From the NCBI RefSeq assembly GCF_963921235.1, contig NC_086108.1, positions 98,272,001 to 98,336,000 on the forward strand: 64,000 nucleotides of DNA, in the 5' to 3' direction. This document shows positions 36,345-50,039 of this stretch, piece by piece (position 1 is the first letter of the stretch; the number at the start of each line of letters is the position of its first letter). The stretch is from Mobula hypostoma (Eukaryota). A program made the position numbers and the translations under genes. The notes beneath the pieces were generated by a model. That model made no database searches. It saw only the letters and a list, made by a program, of their open reading frames with translations, and was not told the DNA's origin.

Positions 36345-38130
36345 TCTGCACAGAACAGGGCTCTGCAGAGAGTGGTGCGCACAGCCCAGCGCATCTGTAG
36401 ATGTGAACTTCCCATGATTCAGGACATTTACAAGGACAGGTGTGTAAAAAGGGCCCGTAGGATCATTGGGGACCCGAGTCACCCCAACCACAATCTATTC
36501 CAACTGCTACTATCCTGGAAACGGTACTGCAGCATAAAAGCCAGGACCAACAGGCTCCGGGACAACTTCTTCCACCAGGCCATCAGACTGATTAACTCAC
36601 GCTGATTTGAGTGTATTTCTATGTTACATTGACTGTTCCATTTCTTGTAAATCATGATACATTACTATGATTGTACATTGCACATTTAGACAGAGATGTA
36701 ACATAAAGATTTTTACTCCTCATGTATGTGAAGGACGTAAGAAATAAAGTCAATTCAATTCTTCCTGACCACGGTGCACCCACAAAACATATATCACACA
36801 CAGCACAAAATATTGCCACAAATAAGTTAATAAAATATAATTCAAAATGTAGTGCACAGCACAGGTAAACAATAAACAGTGCAGTAAACAGTAAACAGCT
36901 TGCTATCCTGGTGACGAGATCTCAGTGGTAGTAGGTGATTCATTTGTCTTACAGCCTGAGGGAAGAAGCTGTTTCCCAGTCTGGCAGTCCTAGTCCTGTA
37001 CCTCCTTCCTGACAATAGTGGGTAAAAGAGATGGGTAGTAGGGATCCTCAACAATGTTTCGGGCTCTTTGTCAACAACACTGCTGACAAAAGTCACGAAT
37101 AGGGATGAAGAAGACTTCAGTGATCCTCTCAGCAGTTTTTACTGTCCTCTGTAGGGTCCTTGCAGCTCCCCTACCACACTACGATGCAGCCAGACAGGAC
37201 ACTCTTGATGACGGTTATTATGACGGTTAGCATTGTTTCTATATTTCTAATATTTGCCAGTAACCAAAGTAAATATTGCAGAATAATATAATCACATCCT
37301 GCACTTTATCAGTTATCTCATCAAGGATTTCCCCCCCCACCCTGCCCACCTCTCCCATCCGTCCCACAATCTCTTTGATCCTCTGCCGTCAGGCAGGCGG
37401 TACCATAACATCAGGACAAGGCCTGTTACTTTGGGAAACAGCTTAATCCCCCAGGCTGTGAGACTACTGAACTCTCTGCTACCACCCAGGTCTCATCACG
37501 TATGCAGCACCAGTAGCACTGTTCACTTTTGGACTTGTGCTGTAAATGCACCTTCTGCTAAATGTCAGCCTTCTGAAATATATTTTATTATTTGTTCATT
37601 CATTTGCAGTGGTATTACTTTGTTGTCTGTGCGTTACTGTATTGTGCACCTTGGTCTGGAGGAATGTTGTTTCAGTTGATGGTATACATATATACGGTTG
37701 AATGACAATAAACTCCCAAAGTTCAAAGTAAATTTTATTATCAAAGTACATATATATCACCATATACAACCCTGAGGTTCATTTTCCTGTCAGCATACTC
37801 AGCAAATCTATAGAATAAAGAATAATAACCCTAACTGGATCAACGAAAGATCAACCAGAGTGCAGAAGACAACAAACTGTGCAAATGAAAATATAAATAA
37901 ATAGTAATAAATAATGAGAACATGAGATAAAGAGTCCTTAAAATGAGATCATTGGTTGTAGGGACATTTCAGTGGTGGGGCAAGTGAGTGTAGTTATCCC
38001 TTTTTATTAAAGAGCCTGATGGTTGAGGGGTTGTAACTGTTCTTGACCTTGATTGTGCGAGTCCTGAGGCTCTTCTACCTTTTCTCTGATGGCAGCCGCA
38101 GGAAGAGAGCATGATCCGGGTGAACTTGAA
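36345..38130. mobile_element. Cluster of Rex1/Babar-like 3' fragments in both orientations
   Basis: Repeated LPSGRRY..RT.R..NSFFPQA.R remnants with differing tails (~36345-36760 +, 36770-37230 -, 37350-37715 +, 37720-38130 -). Confidence 0.7.
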
Positions 38131-38668
38131 ACTTGAATTTGAAATTACGTGCACTGCATTTTTTCCAGTACATTTTACACTTTATTCTGCACTGTTACTG
38201 TTTTACCTTATGCACGTGATGCACTGTGTAATGAATTGATCTGTATAAACAGTATGTGAGACAAGCTTTTCACTGTACTTTGGTGCAAACAATACTAATA
38301 CATGATCACCTATTTGTAAGGAACTTGCAGAAGCAGCAAGTTAGTGGCAGAAGAACATTAAAGTAATTAAAACTGCCATGAATCTTACTGGGAGGAGTAG
38401 TGGAATGATTCAGCTACTCAAATACCAGCAGGAGGCTTGAACTTCAGGTGCAGAGTCCCAAGTTCAAGTCATGACACAGAATTGGGCAATTTAAGTTTAA
38501 ATATTGAATGAATCTGGAACTAACAAGCTGGCGTCAGCGATGATCACAAGAGATTTTGCAGATGCTGGGAATCTTGAGCAACACACTCAAAATGCTGAAG
38601 GAACTCAGCAGGTCAAGCAACATCTTTGCAGGTGGAATAAGCAATCGACATTTCAGACTGAGATTCTT

Positions 38669-40330
38669 TTTTTTATATCATTTATTTTTTATTGAATTTC
38701 ATCATCAAACAAACATTTCCATAAGATATATTTCAGATACTGTACATATATATCTTATAATCATATTTGTCACAAATCTCCACATAATATTTATCTGAGG
38801 TATACACTTATAGAAAGGAGAGGAAAGAAAGAAACAATCGAAAGAAGAAAACTATGTACAGAGTAGGGAGTGATCTTTTTTTTACAACATATTCATTGAC
38901 TTGTGAGAATAAAATCAGGCCTATGAGGTATTATGTAGTTAAACCATTTTTTCCAGTGTGAATAAAATTGTTCCAACTTATGATTATCATAACAGATGCT
39001 GTTATCTTCTCCACTTTGTAAATGTCCATTGTAATTTCCATCCATACACTTAGAGTTGGGCTCTCCTGTGATAACCATTTCCTGGTAAGAATCTTTTTAC
39101 CAGCCACCAGCAGTACATTCATTAAATATTTATCTTTTCAACCATTCTTGAGGTATATACTCAAAGTATATGGTCTTACTCTCTAAGGGTCTTTCACATT
39201 TAAAGATGTCTTATAGGGCATTATGTATCCCACTCCAATAGTCTTTGATAACAGGGCATTCCCAGAAAATATGATAATGGTTTGCATTTTGATTTCCACA
39301 ATTTCTCCAGCAAAGAGGGGAGTTGTTATCATAATGGGATTTCTGAGAGGGTGTAATAAAATATCTTATCAAGTTTTTCCACCCAAACTCCTTCCATTTC
39401 TGTGAACTGGTACACTTCCATTGATACCTCCATATTATTGTCCATTCTTCCTCAGATATTATTATCCCTCCTTCCTTCTCCCATTTTGTTTTAATGTATG
39501 AAGTTGAATGTGTTTTAAGATTTGACAAACCCTTATACATACTTGAAATGATCTTACTACCATTGACTGAATTATATGCTTTTCTAAACAGCTCTATCAG
39601 ACATGCACTTGCCTTGGTTACATTTTTAACCGTCTTATTAACATACTGTCACATCTGTAAATACCAGTAAAAATCTTGTTTTTCTAACAAGTGTTTCTCT
39701 TTGAGCATTTCATAACTGAACAGTGTTCTTTCTTTCATTATATTGCAAATAGCTGTCCAGTCCTTAAATCTAGCATCCAGTTTATTCGGCGTAAAATCCG
39801 AGTCATATGCACACCATTTAAGAATTGCAATGTCTCTCTCCAGTTTATATTCTTTTATAATAGTTTTCCATATTTTAAGAGTCCATTTCACCCACGGGTT
39901 GTAAATATTATTTATCTAACTTTGTAGGTTGTTATCAGCCAAAATTGCCTGTATGGGGATGGAAAGTATCCTCTCTTCAATGTTTTTCCATTGAGCATCA
40001 TATGATGGGTTGCACCAGCATATCACAGCTCTCAGCTGTGCTGCAAAAATAATAATCTCTCAGAGAAGGTAGGCCCCATCCCCCCTTCTCCTTGACTAGT
40101 TGCAAAGTTTTGAGATGAACCTTAGGCCTTTTACCTTGCCATATATTTCTTGATAGCATCTTGTTCCATTCATTGAATTGATTTTGGTTAATCTCCATTG
40201 GTAGGGTCTGAAAGAGATATAGTAGTCTGGGCAATATATTCATTTTAATAGATTCAGTCCTTGAACTGAGACCAAGAAAAGGGATTAGGTTCCATCTTGG
40301 TATATCTTCCTTAATTTTTTTAGATATTGG
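38669..40330 (-). mobile_element. L1/Tx1-clade LINE 3' fragment
   Basis: MNILPRLLYLFQTLP; GGWGLPSLRDYY; CCHC CWRNCGNQNANHYHIFWEC; A-rich tail; TSD CTGAG(A/G)TTCTT at 38658-38668 and 40331-40341. Confidence 0.88.
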
Positions 40331-40767
40331 CTGAGGTTCTTAGTCAGGAGGCATTGTTTATTTATTTCTCTCCATAGATGCTGCCTGACCTGCTGCATTT
40401 CCGCAAGCATTTAGTGTGTGCGTTATCAGTGATGGTGCCTGTAAGATGCCAATATTTAAAAAGTATACCTGCTTCACCACTGTCCATTATTGAATGGATG
40501 GTGATGCACTTTGCTTAGGGAGTGGAGAGGAAATGGAGAACATTTCTATGTAATTCTCTTACACGCAGAAGTGAAAATGTACTTCAGGAAAAAGATAAAA
40601 TAATGGAGGAAGATCACGAGAAGTTTATATCACATGGCCTGTGTTTGTACTGCAGATTCTATGTAACAGATTGTAACCCAGTAACAGTTGGAGATCTGGA
40701 GTTTTGACGCCTGTTTAATGCTATTCCTTCTGTCTGTTGCATATGGTGAATTAAGTAGTTTGTGGGA

Positions 40768-41280
40768 AGACCATATGACCATAAGGCATAGGAACTGAAT
40801 TAAGCCATTCAGCCCATCAAATCAGCTCTGCCATTCCATCATGGCTGATTTATTACCCTTCTCAACTCCAGTCTGCCTGTCTTCTCCTCATAACCTCTGA
40901 TGCCCTTACTATTCAAGAACCCTTCAACCTCTGCTTTAAATATACTCAATGACTTAGATTCCACAGCATCTGAGGCACTGAATTCTACATATTCACTGCC
41001 CCCTTGGCTTAAGAAAGTCCTCCTCATCTTTGTTTAAACAAGGGCCAACCTTGTAGTCTGAGGCTGTGCCCTCTGGTTCTAGACTCAACCACTATAGGTG
41101 ACATCCTCTTTGTGTCAACTCTATGTAGACCTTTCAATATTCATAGGTTTCAATGAGATTCCCCCTCAGTCTTCTGAACTCCAGCGAGTGTAGACCCAGA
41201 GCCATCAAGTGCTCCTCATACGTTAACCCTTTTATTCTGGGATTATTCTCGTGAACCTTCCCTGGACCCTCTCCTATGCC
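40768..41280 (-). mobile_element. CR1 3' fragment
   Basis: SIFKAEVEGFLNSKGIRGY plus CR1 tail. Confidence 0.8.
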
Positions 41281-41529
41281 TAGATATTTATGTCACTATA
41301 TCATAACACTATATGTGTTACATAACAGAGTCTGCTCGATATATTTACCTTCGATATCCATTGACTTGAAGAGCAAAACACTGACGCTGCAAGATAACAG
41401 ATAATGTGATGCTAACAATATTGTCTATACCAACGCTATCTCAGCACAATCTAGCAGTTCCACCCCTCCCTTTCCCCACCCACTTCACACAAATCTGCAA
41501 GTTCTTTCCCGTTTCCTTGTACACTTTAT

Positions 41530-42262
41530 CTCAGAAACTGCTGATCTCCTGGGGTTTTCACACACTACCGTGGCTGGTATTTACTGAGAATGGTGTGACA
41601 AGCCAAAAAAAAATCTGGTAAGTGGTTGTTCTGTGGGTGAAACTGCCTTGTTAATGAGAGAGACCACCCAGGCCAAGCTCCTTTCTCGTTGCTGCCATCA
41701 GGTAGAAGGTACAAGATCCTCAGGACTCACACCACCAGGTTCAAGAACAGTTACGACCCTCAACCATTAGGCTCTTGAATAAAAAGGGGATAACTACATT
41801 CACTTGCCCCATCATTGAAATGTTCCCACAGTAATCTCACATTAAGGACTCCTTATCTCATGTTCTCATTATTTATTTATATTTGCATTTGCACAGTTTG
41901 TTGTCTTCCGCACTCTGGCTGATCTTTTGTTGATTGTGTTATCGTTACTATTCAATAGATTTGCTGAGTATGCCCACAAGAAAATGAATCTCAGGGTTGT
42001 ATATAATGAAATTGATAATGAACTTTACCTTGAACTTCAGGTGAGAGGAGAATGGCCAGACTGGTTCAAGCTGACAGGAAGGAGACAATAACACAATTAA
42101 CCACACGTTACAACAGTGGTGTGCCGAAGTGTCTCTGAATGCACAACACGTCGACCGCCCTTTGAAGTCAATGGGCTACAGCAGCAGACAACCATGAACG
42201 TATACTCAGAGGCCACTTTATTAGATACAGGAGGTACCTAATAAAGTGGCCACTGAGTGTAT
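41530..42262 (+). mobile_element. Tc1-like derivative interrupted by a Rex1 fragment (~41665-42040)
   Basis: Matches 46180-46503; ends in TIR plus TA. Confidence 0.75.
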
Positions 42263-42371
42263 AAAGAATCTTTTCCTTATATCACCAAGAGTTCTTTTGC
42301 CCATTACCTCCATTTCATGCCACACGCTTCTTTATTCTTCTATCAATAGCAACAATATTGACAAAATATTC

Positions 42372-42762
42372 CATGCGACAACTGCCATACCCCGATACAC
42401 TGCTTCGACAGGCAGGCTAAACCAGGTGAGGGTACCCACCTTCCCCCCTCCCACGAGATAGGGACACGCCTGTCCTAGAGCGCAAAGTCAGCTAGGTGTA
42501 TCAGATCTACAGTGAGATCCAACAGCCAGGAAGGTGGTTCTGCAATGCTTCGTGGACATCAAAGGGCATGACAAGTCATGGTCACCCACGGCAACCAAAG
42601 ACCTCAGTTGTGACGACTACTCGTACCACTGGACTCAGACGTATGAGGTAGAGAGAGTGGACATGCCCCAGTGTAATGGCTTTTTAACTTTAAAAACTCT
42701 CCCCCACAGGACCTTTCGTATAATAATTATTATATCGTCATCGAAGGATATGACGGACAAGT
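42372..42762 (+). mobile_element. Short RTE-tailed element (family A, 5'-truncated copy)
   Basis: Aligns to 51176-51569. Confidence 0.7.
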
Positions 42763-43659
42763 ATTAATAACATTCCAGGCACGAAACACCCTCGCAGGGA
42801 TGATGTGTGGAGGCAGAGGTAGATACTTCAGGGGCATTTAAGAAACTCTTAGATAGGCACATTTATGATAGAAAAATGGAGGCCTATGTAGTAAGGAAGG
42901 GTTAGATTGATAGATTGATCTTAGATTCAGTTAATGGATCAGCACAACTTTGATTGCCGAAGGATCTGTACTGTGTTATAATTGTAAATGTTCTATGTTA
43001 TATGTGCTAATATTTCTCTCATTTATTCTGTCAATTTCTCTCAGGATCTTAAATCCTTGCAACAGATGACCTTGAAATTGCTCAATTCTGGTGAGAAAAA
43101 TATCTTCCTTGCTCGAATTGTGCCCTTTCTCATAATTTTGTATGATTTGTAGTGTCTCTGATGCTCTGTGCCCCCGATGCTGCTACAAGTAAGCATCTGT
43201 GCATGTGACAATTAACAGATACAAAAATTTTGGAGGAACTCAGCAGGTCAGGCGACACCTATGGCCAGCAATAAACAGTCAGTATTTCAGGCCGAGAAAC
43301 TTCATCAAAACCTCTTGTGTTTAAAACTAATTTTGACTTTGAACAATATGTTTAGTGTTACAGCCCCAGCATACATTTGCAAATAAGAGTGAATTGCTTG
43401 ATTTTATAATTGCTTTTATATTTAATAATTTGTAATTTTTTCTCTACATTTGATAATTTACCTGTGAAGGATGACGTGCTTCCACACTAATGCATACAAA
43501 TTGCCGAAGGAACTCAGCAAGTCAGGCAGCAACAATGGAGAGGAATAAAGAGTTGACATTCAGGCCAAGATTCTTCACCAGGACTCCACTCCAATTTTTT
43601 AAGATCGGGGTTTGATTCTTGCTGCTGTCAGTAAGGAGTTTGTACATTCTCCCCATGAC

Positions 43660-44365
43660 CACACGATCAGTGCCCCTCATCAACTTATACACCTCTTTCA
43701 GGTCACCTCTCATTCTCCGTCGCTCCAAGGAGAAAATGTCAAGTTCACTCAAACTACTCTCATAAGGCATGCTCCCCAATCCAGGCAACATCCTTGTAAA
43801 TCTCCTCTGCACTCTCTCTATAGTGTCCACATCCTTCCTGTAGTGAGGTGACTAGAACTGAACACAGTACTCCAAGTGGGGTCTGACCAAGGTCTTATAT
43901 AGCCATAACATTACCTCATGGCTCTTGAACTCAATCTCGTTGTTGATGAAACCAATCGCACCACATGCCTTCTTAACAACACTGTCAACCTGCACAGCAG
44001 CTTTTAGAATCATGTGGACAAGGAAGATCTCTCAGATCGTCCACACTGCCAAGAGTCTTACCTTTAATACTATGTTCTCCCTTCAAATTTGACCTACCAA
44101 AATGAACTATTTCCTACTTATCTGGCTTGAACTCCATCTGCCACTTCTCAGCCCAGTTCTGCATCCTATCGATGTCCTGCTGTAACCTTTGACAAACCTC
44201 CGGACAATCCACAACACCCACAACCTTTGTGTCATCAGTAAACTTACTAACCCACCCTTCTACTTCTTCACCCAGATCATTTATAAAAATAACAAAGAGG
44301 AGGGGTCCCAGAACAGATCTCTGAGGAACACCACTGGTCACCAACCTCCATACAGAATATGAACC
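43660..44365 (-). mobile_element. CR1 fragment
   Basis: VTSGVPQRSVLGPLLF; KFTDDTK; IERVQRRFTRMLPG. Confidence 0.85.
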
Positions 44366-44519
44366 ATATTTGTGTGGAAATTTTCATTGATTCTATTGCG
44401 TTTCTTTGTATCACTGTGAATGCGTGCAAGAAAGTGAATCTCAGGGTAGTACCCATACATACATTGACAGTAAATTTACTTTGAGGTTTGAACTTTGAAG
44501 AGGTGTTTCAGGAGAGTGT

Positions 44520-44940
44520 CCAGGTGGTTTGTGAGGTGTCTTGCTCCATATGATGCTTGTGCCATGTTTTACTATGTGTATGTCATACGTGGTTTGTGAG
44601 GTGGTCCAATCCATCCAGTGCTTGTGCCATGTTTTTAGTGTGCATATGTTGCATGACACAATATTCTCAGTACCATCCCAGGCATTCCTTCTCCAATTTG
44701 AGTGGCCTTGGGGCCGAGATTCCCATGAGTCTGCACGGATGCTGCATTCCTTCAAGGCAGTTTGGAGCACATCCTTGAATAATTTCCTCTGTGCACCTGG
44801 TAGTTTCTTCACATGACAGAGCTTTCAGTAGAGCATCTGATCCAGGTGTCTGTTATTGCATACATGAATTAATTGGCCTGCTTTGTGCAGCCGGGTTCAT
44901 CGACTGAGGGCCTCAATACTGTTGGCCTGAGAAATGATCT
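44520..44940 (-). mobile_element. Old RTE LINE C-terminal fragment
   Basis: PGAQRKLFKDVLQTALKECSIRADSWES resembles the RTE ORF end. Confidence 0.65.
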
Positions 44941-45263
44941 TGAATACATTCAACTGAGCATTCAGTCCTCTGGCGTAACGAGATGGAAGAATTTGAAGCC
45001 CTTTGTTTTTTCAGCTGATATGGTGCTTAGTTCCATAACCCTGACCATCTTCAAGAAAGGAAACACCTTTCAGTATCTTTTAGCTACATTTCTTCAGGAA
45101 GGATCTGATAAGAGTAACATAAAATTTTGTTTTAGAACTGGTTATGCCATTTAATCATTATTATAATAAAACATACAAAGACAGTGTACAGGGATGCTAT
45201 CATTGAACCACATCAGAGAGGTTTTAGAGCAAGTGACTCCAAGTGAAACCATTACTGGAAGAT

Positions 45264-45948
45264 CTGAGGCCTCTGTTGATCAGGGTCGACCAGAGGTGTT
45301 GCTCCCTAGCTGCCTAGATATGCAGTACAATATGGAGATCAAGCTGTTGCACAGGTAGCAGTCTCCTCCTCTCCACGCTTCTGATGAGCCCAAAGGAGTG
45401 GCAGAGACTGATACAGTCTGGCACCAGCAGCATTGCCAAAGTTGCCAGTTAGCATTGAACTGAACCTAGGGACTCCAGCTCTGGATTTTTCCCTCGGGTT
45501 TACTCCTGAAGCCTTCATTATGTGTGGGTGTAAGCAAAGGAAGTTTGATATCAATTTTCCTTCCCCTAGCATTGCTCTAGTCTGTGCGAGGAGTGGTGCC
45601 CCACACAGACTTCCAACCTACACGTTGTAAGGCATGAAAATGCCCGATGCAGGCCTCTCACGGTTTGAGTTGACGTTCCCTTCCTTCCCCCACAGAAGCT
45701 GCCAACCACAGCTGATGAACCCCATCTGCTCAAAGTGACTGGTTTTAAGCTGCCAGAAACCCACTTTTTCCCCTCCTTCTGTCAGTAGAAACCATTCCAC
45801 CAGGCTTAGTAACTAATCCACATGTGAAGGCCAAGAGCTGGACTTGGTTGTCAGGTGATGTTTGAGTTGCACGCCTTTGGGAACACTTAATAGGTAGCGG
45901 GAGCTTATTCCCTTTACCACCTTGGTTATGAAAACCTTAAGGAACCAA
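45264..45948 (-). mobile_element. Short RTE-related element (family B, near full length)
   Basis: Aligns with 46660-47140; candidate TSD GGAAGAT at 45257-45263 and 45949-45955. Confidence 0.7.
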
Positions 45949-45959
45949 GGAAGATAAGG

Positions 45960-46503
45960 CATTCAGTGGTCACTTCGTTAGGTACACCTCTACACCTGTC
46001 CATTAATGCAAATATCCAGAGGGCCTATCACGTGGCAGCAAATCAATGCATAAAAGCATACAGATACAGTCAAGAGGTTCAGTTATTTTACAGATCAGAC
46101 ATCAGAATGGGGAAGAGATGTGATCTAAGTGACTTTGACCGTGGAATAATCGTTAGTGCCAGATGGGTTGGTTTGAGTATCTCAGAAACTGCTGATCTCC
46201 TGGGATTTTCACACACAACAGTCTCTAGAGTTTACTGAGAATGCTGCGAGAAGCAAAAAAATTCCAGTGAGCGGCAGTTCTGTGATTGATAACAGTTTGT
46301 TAATGAGGGAGGTCAGAGGAGAATGGCCAGGCTGGTTCAAGCTGACAGGAAGGTGACAGTAACTCAAATAACCACACATTACAACAGTGGTGTGCAGAAG
46401 AGCATCTCTGAATGCACCACATGTCAGATATTGAAGAGGATGAGATACAGAAGCAGAAGACCATGAACATACACTCAGTACCTAATAAAGTGGTCACTGA
46501 ATG
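45960..46503 (+). mobile_element. Tc1/mariner internal-deletion derivative
   Basis: TIRs CATTCAGTGGTCACTT/AAGTGGTCACTGAATG; transposase HTH remnant MGKRCDLSDFDRGIIV..GLSISETADLLGFSHTTVSRVY. Confidence 0.85.
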
Positions 46504-46659
46504 ACAATAATGACCAAGTGTAGAGATTTCCCGTGATGAAAACTGAATTATACTCCTGTGGAATATGCCATGACTTTTAACTAGTATTATCTTCATATGG
46601 TCGTGGAGGGGATTGACAGGAATGATTAAAAATGACTATTTCATTTGATGAGATATCTG

Positions 46660-47140
46660 ATAGCCTCTGATAACCAAGTCCAGCTCCTGGCCTTCATGTG
46701 TAGCTTAGCTACTAAGCCCAGCAGAACCGCTTAGACTGGCAGGAGAAGGAGCAAGGTCTGCTTACTGGTGCCTTAAAACCAATCGCTTCAGGCAAATGGT
46801 GCTTGTCAGCCGTGGTTGGCAGTTCGTCTAGGAGAGGAAAAACTCTGATCTCAAACCTCTGCTGCCTTGCGGCTATACACACTCATGGGGAAAGCTTCAG
46901 GAGTAAACCCTGAGGAAAGAATCCGGAGCTCGAGTCCCTTAGGGATTCCTATGTTCAATGCTGACTGGCGATGCTGTTGGTGCCAAATTGTCTCTGCCGT
47001 TCCTTTGGGTTCATCAGATGAGAGGAGGGGGTGAGCTTGCAACATGGGCAACAGCTTGGTCTAATATTGTACTGCCCTGGCTCTCATATCTAGACAGCTA
47101 GGATGCAGCATCCATGGTCGACCCTAACCGTCGGAGGCTT
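46660..47140 (+). mobile_element. Short RTE-related element (family B, 5'-truncated)
   Basis: Reverse-complement match to 45264-45855. Confidence 0.7.
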
Positions 47141-47239
47141 ATAAAAATTGGAAAGGGCACAGGACAGACACATTAATGACACAAATAGAAATAAATAATA
47201 TTGGCAGACAGTCACCATAGTGACCAAAGTGATGAAAGT

Positions 47240-47575
47240 TAGGTGGTATGGTAGTACTGGGGTTAGTGTAATGCTTTACAGAACCAGTGATGGGAGAATC
47301 AGGGTTCAATTCCTTGCCACCGCCTGCAAGAGGTTTGTTCATTCTCCGTGTGACCATGTGGGTTTCCTCCAGGTGCTCTGGTTACCACCCACATCACAAA
47401 AGGTGTACAGGCTAGAGTTAGTAAGTTGAGGGCATGCCACGTTGGCACCTGAAGCCCGGTGGTTTGCGGGCTGTCCCCAGCACATCCTCAGACCGTGTTG
47501 ATCATTGACACCAACGAGACATTTCACTGTGTTTTCCGATCTACATGTGTCAAAGGAAGCTATCTGTCTTTTATT
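47240..47575 (+). mobile_element. tRNA-derived V-SINE-like element
   Basis: B box GGTTCAATTCC; V-domain-like TTCTCCGTGTGACCATGTGGGTTTCCTCCAGGTGCTC. Confidence 0.7.
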
Positions 47576-49308
47576 TCTAAAGTTGGTTGGTTAGATCATC
47601 CAATAATTAACAGACACAATAGAAAAGGAAGAGAGTTTGGCCCTAGGGTTTTTCTGTTCCTCTCCCAGGTTACACCTTCATTTAAATAGCTACAGGATAG
47701 AGTTTTATCCCATCCTGGGAAAATGTGTAAGATACAAATAAGAATGATTGAGATAACCAAATTTCAGCAGAACGTACTGTGATCCGTGTGTGTGCTTTTG
47801 GTCTAATTTTATAACAATATTGTTATTGTCCTGGGGATGTTGTCAATGCCAGGTAGAACACATTTCGTCTCACTTCAAAGCAGAGAGAAAAAACATTGTC
47901 TTTCTTGATTTTTTAATTACGCCTGAGAGCCTTTTACAGAAAATCAAATACTTTTATAGTGTAAACGGTGGTGCAATATCAGATTCCTGAACCAGATACT
48001 ACCTTCAATTAAATAAAAGCTTATTATTGTTTAACTGATTACTACAGTAGAGTGACCATCATCAAAGACCCCACCTTCCAGGCCGTGCTGTCTTTATGCA
48101 GCTGCCATTGGGAAGCAGGTTCAGGAACATTTATTACCCTTCAACCATCAGGCTCCTGAACCAGTGTGGATAGAACATAAGACATAGAAATCTGCAGCAC
48201 ATTACAGGCCCTTCCGTACACGCACCCACCACCCTCTGTGAAAAACTTACCCCTGACATCTCCTCAGTACCCATTTCGAAGCACCTTGAAACTATGCCCC
48301 TTCATGTTAGCCATTTCCAGCCCTGGGAAAAATCCTCTGCCTATCCATATGATCAATGCCTCTCATCATCTTATACACCTCTAACAGGTCACCTCTCATC
48401 CTCCGTCGCTCCAAGGAGAAAGGGATGAGGATAACTTCACTCACCTTAACACTGAACTGATTCCATAACCTACAGACTCACTTTCAAGAATTCTAGAATT
48501 GACGCTCTCTGTATTTTTTTTATTTGCATATTAGTTGCTTGTCAGCCTTTGTTTATGTATAATTTCTTTATTTTCCTGTAAATGTCTGCAAGGAAATAAA
48601 TCTCAAATAATATATGGTGAGCTATATGTATTTTGTTAATAGACTTACTTTGACCTTGAAATAGTGCATCAAAATTGCACACAGTAAGATCCTATAAACA
48701 ACAATGGGATTATGAGCTGATCAAATGAAATAACAGCCTGAACAAATTTTGTTCCTCTTCATGATTAGTTTTGACCTCTTCTTGACTAAGGAAATATTAA
48801 TACTTCTAGTTTTGACAAACTTTTTTCTTACATAATTAGTTCAGCAGACCCAGTCACAGGACAATAAGAGTTCTAAAGAAAGCCCGTCTAGCTCCACCCC
48901 GTCGCAATGTTTTTCATCTATGGCATCCTTGCTATCTCCATTTCTGGTTTTCAACAACATCTTTGGTAGGAAAGCTTCAAATGTTTTAGTTACAAATTCT
49001 CCCTGGTTCCTTTGCATCTCTCTGAATCAACTATCTGGTAAAGGGTTCTCATCAACTCGTCTGTCAGGTTCAGGAACAACTATTACCCCTCAGCCATCAG
49101 GCTCCTGAACTGTGATGGATAACTTTAACCAACGCAACTTTGAACTGATTACACAACCTATGGACTCACTTTCAAGGACCCTACAAATCATTTTCTCTGT
49201 ATTTATTTATGTATTTACTTATTCTTTTGTGTTATCAGAGTTTGACTTTTGCACATTGGTTGTCAGACTTTGTGTGTAGTTCTTCATTGATTCTATTGTA
49301 TGTGTGTG

Positions 49309-49590
49309 GGCACGTGGCCAAGTGGTTAAGGCATTGGACTAGCGACCTGAAGGTTGTGAGTTCGAGCCCCAGCCGAGGTAGTGTGTTGTGTCCTTGAGCA
49401 AGGCACTTAATCACACTGTGCTCTGCGACAACACCGGTGCCAAGCTGTATGGGTCCTAATGCCCTTCTCTTGGACAACATCGGTGTCATGGAAAGGGGAG
49501 ACTTGGACAACTGCCGGTCTTAGGCCTGTGCCCTGGAGAGTAAAGACTTTCCAGGTGCAGATCCATGGTCTCACAAGACTAATGGATGCC
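49309..49590 (+). mobile_element. tRNA-derived CORE-like SINE
   Basis: TGGCCAAGTGG and GTTCGAGCC boxes; same family as 25522-25828. Confidence 0.85.
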
Positions 49591-50039
49591 TTTATTGTAT
49601 GTCTTTGTTCTATTGTGAATGCCTGCAAGGAAATGAATCTCAAGATAGTATATGGTGATACACACATACTTGGGTAATAAATTTCCTTTGAACTTTGGGT
49701 GGGCAGGTCCCAAGGAGCAGGCTAAAGATGGCAGAGAAATCCAAGAAGAATGAAGGACTGGAAAAGGGTATTCCTGTCTTTCTGGCCCACAGCCAGCATC
49801 GTAACTGCACTTATCTTTCCCATATCATAGCCTCTATCTCCCTCTAATGACTCAGTACCCTCAGCTTTGACAATAATAAACCAAAAATAATAACCATAAT
49901 AAATAGCTGCCTTTCATCATCCTGTTCCTTCATTTGTTCCTGACAATCCTAAGTTGGGAATTCCCGAACACATGCCGTAAGAATCAGGATCAGAATCAGA
50001 TTTACTATCACCAATACAAATATCATAATACAATAATAA

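Noticed and set aside
40522..40707. Possible host exon (SENVLQEKDKIMEEDHEKF)
   Set aside because: No recognisable homology and no convincing donor site before the stop.
46684..46745. Twister ribozyme reading of TACTAAGCCC
   Set aside because: The segment pairs as a local hairpin GGCTTAG/CTAAGCC and lacks the UAA cleavage loop; the HDV-like register explains more positions.
49309..49381. tRNA gene (also 25756-25828 and 31375-31450)
   Set aside because: These are tRNA-derived SINE heads that continue into SINE bodies; no proper acceptor stem or terminator.
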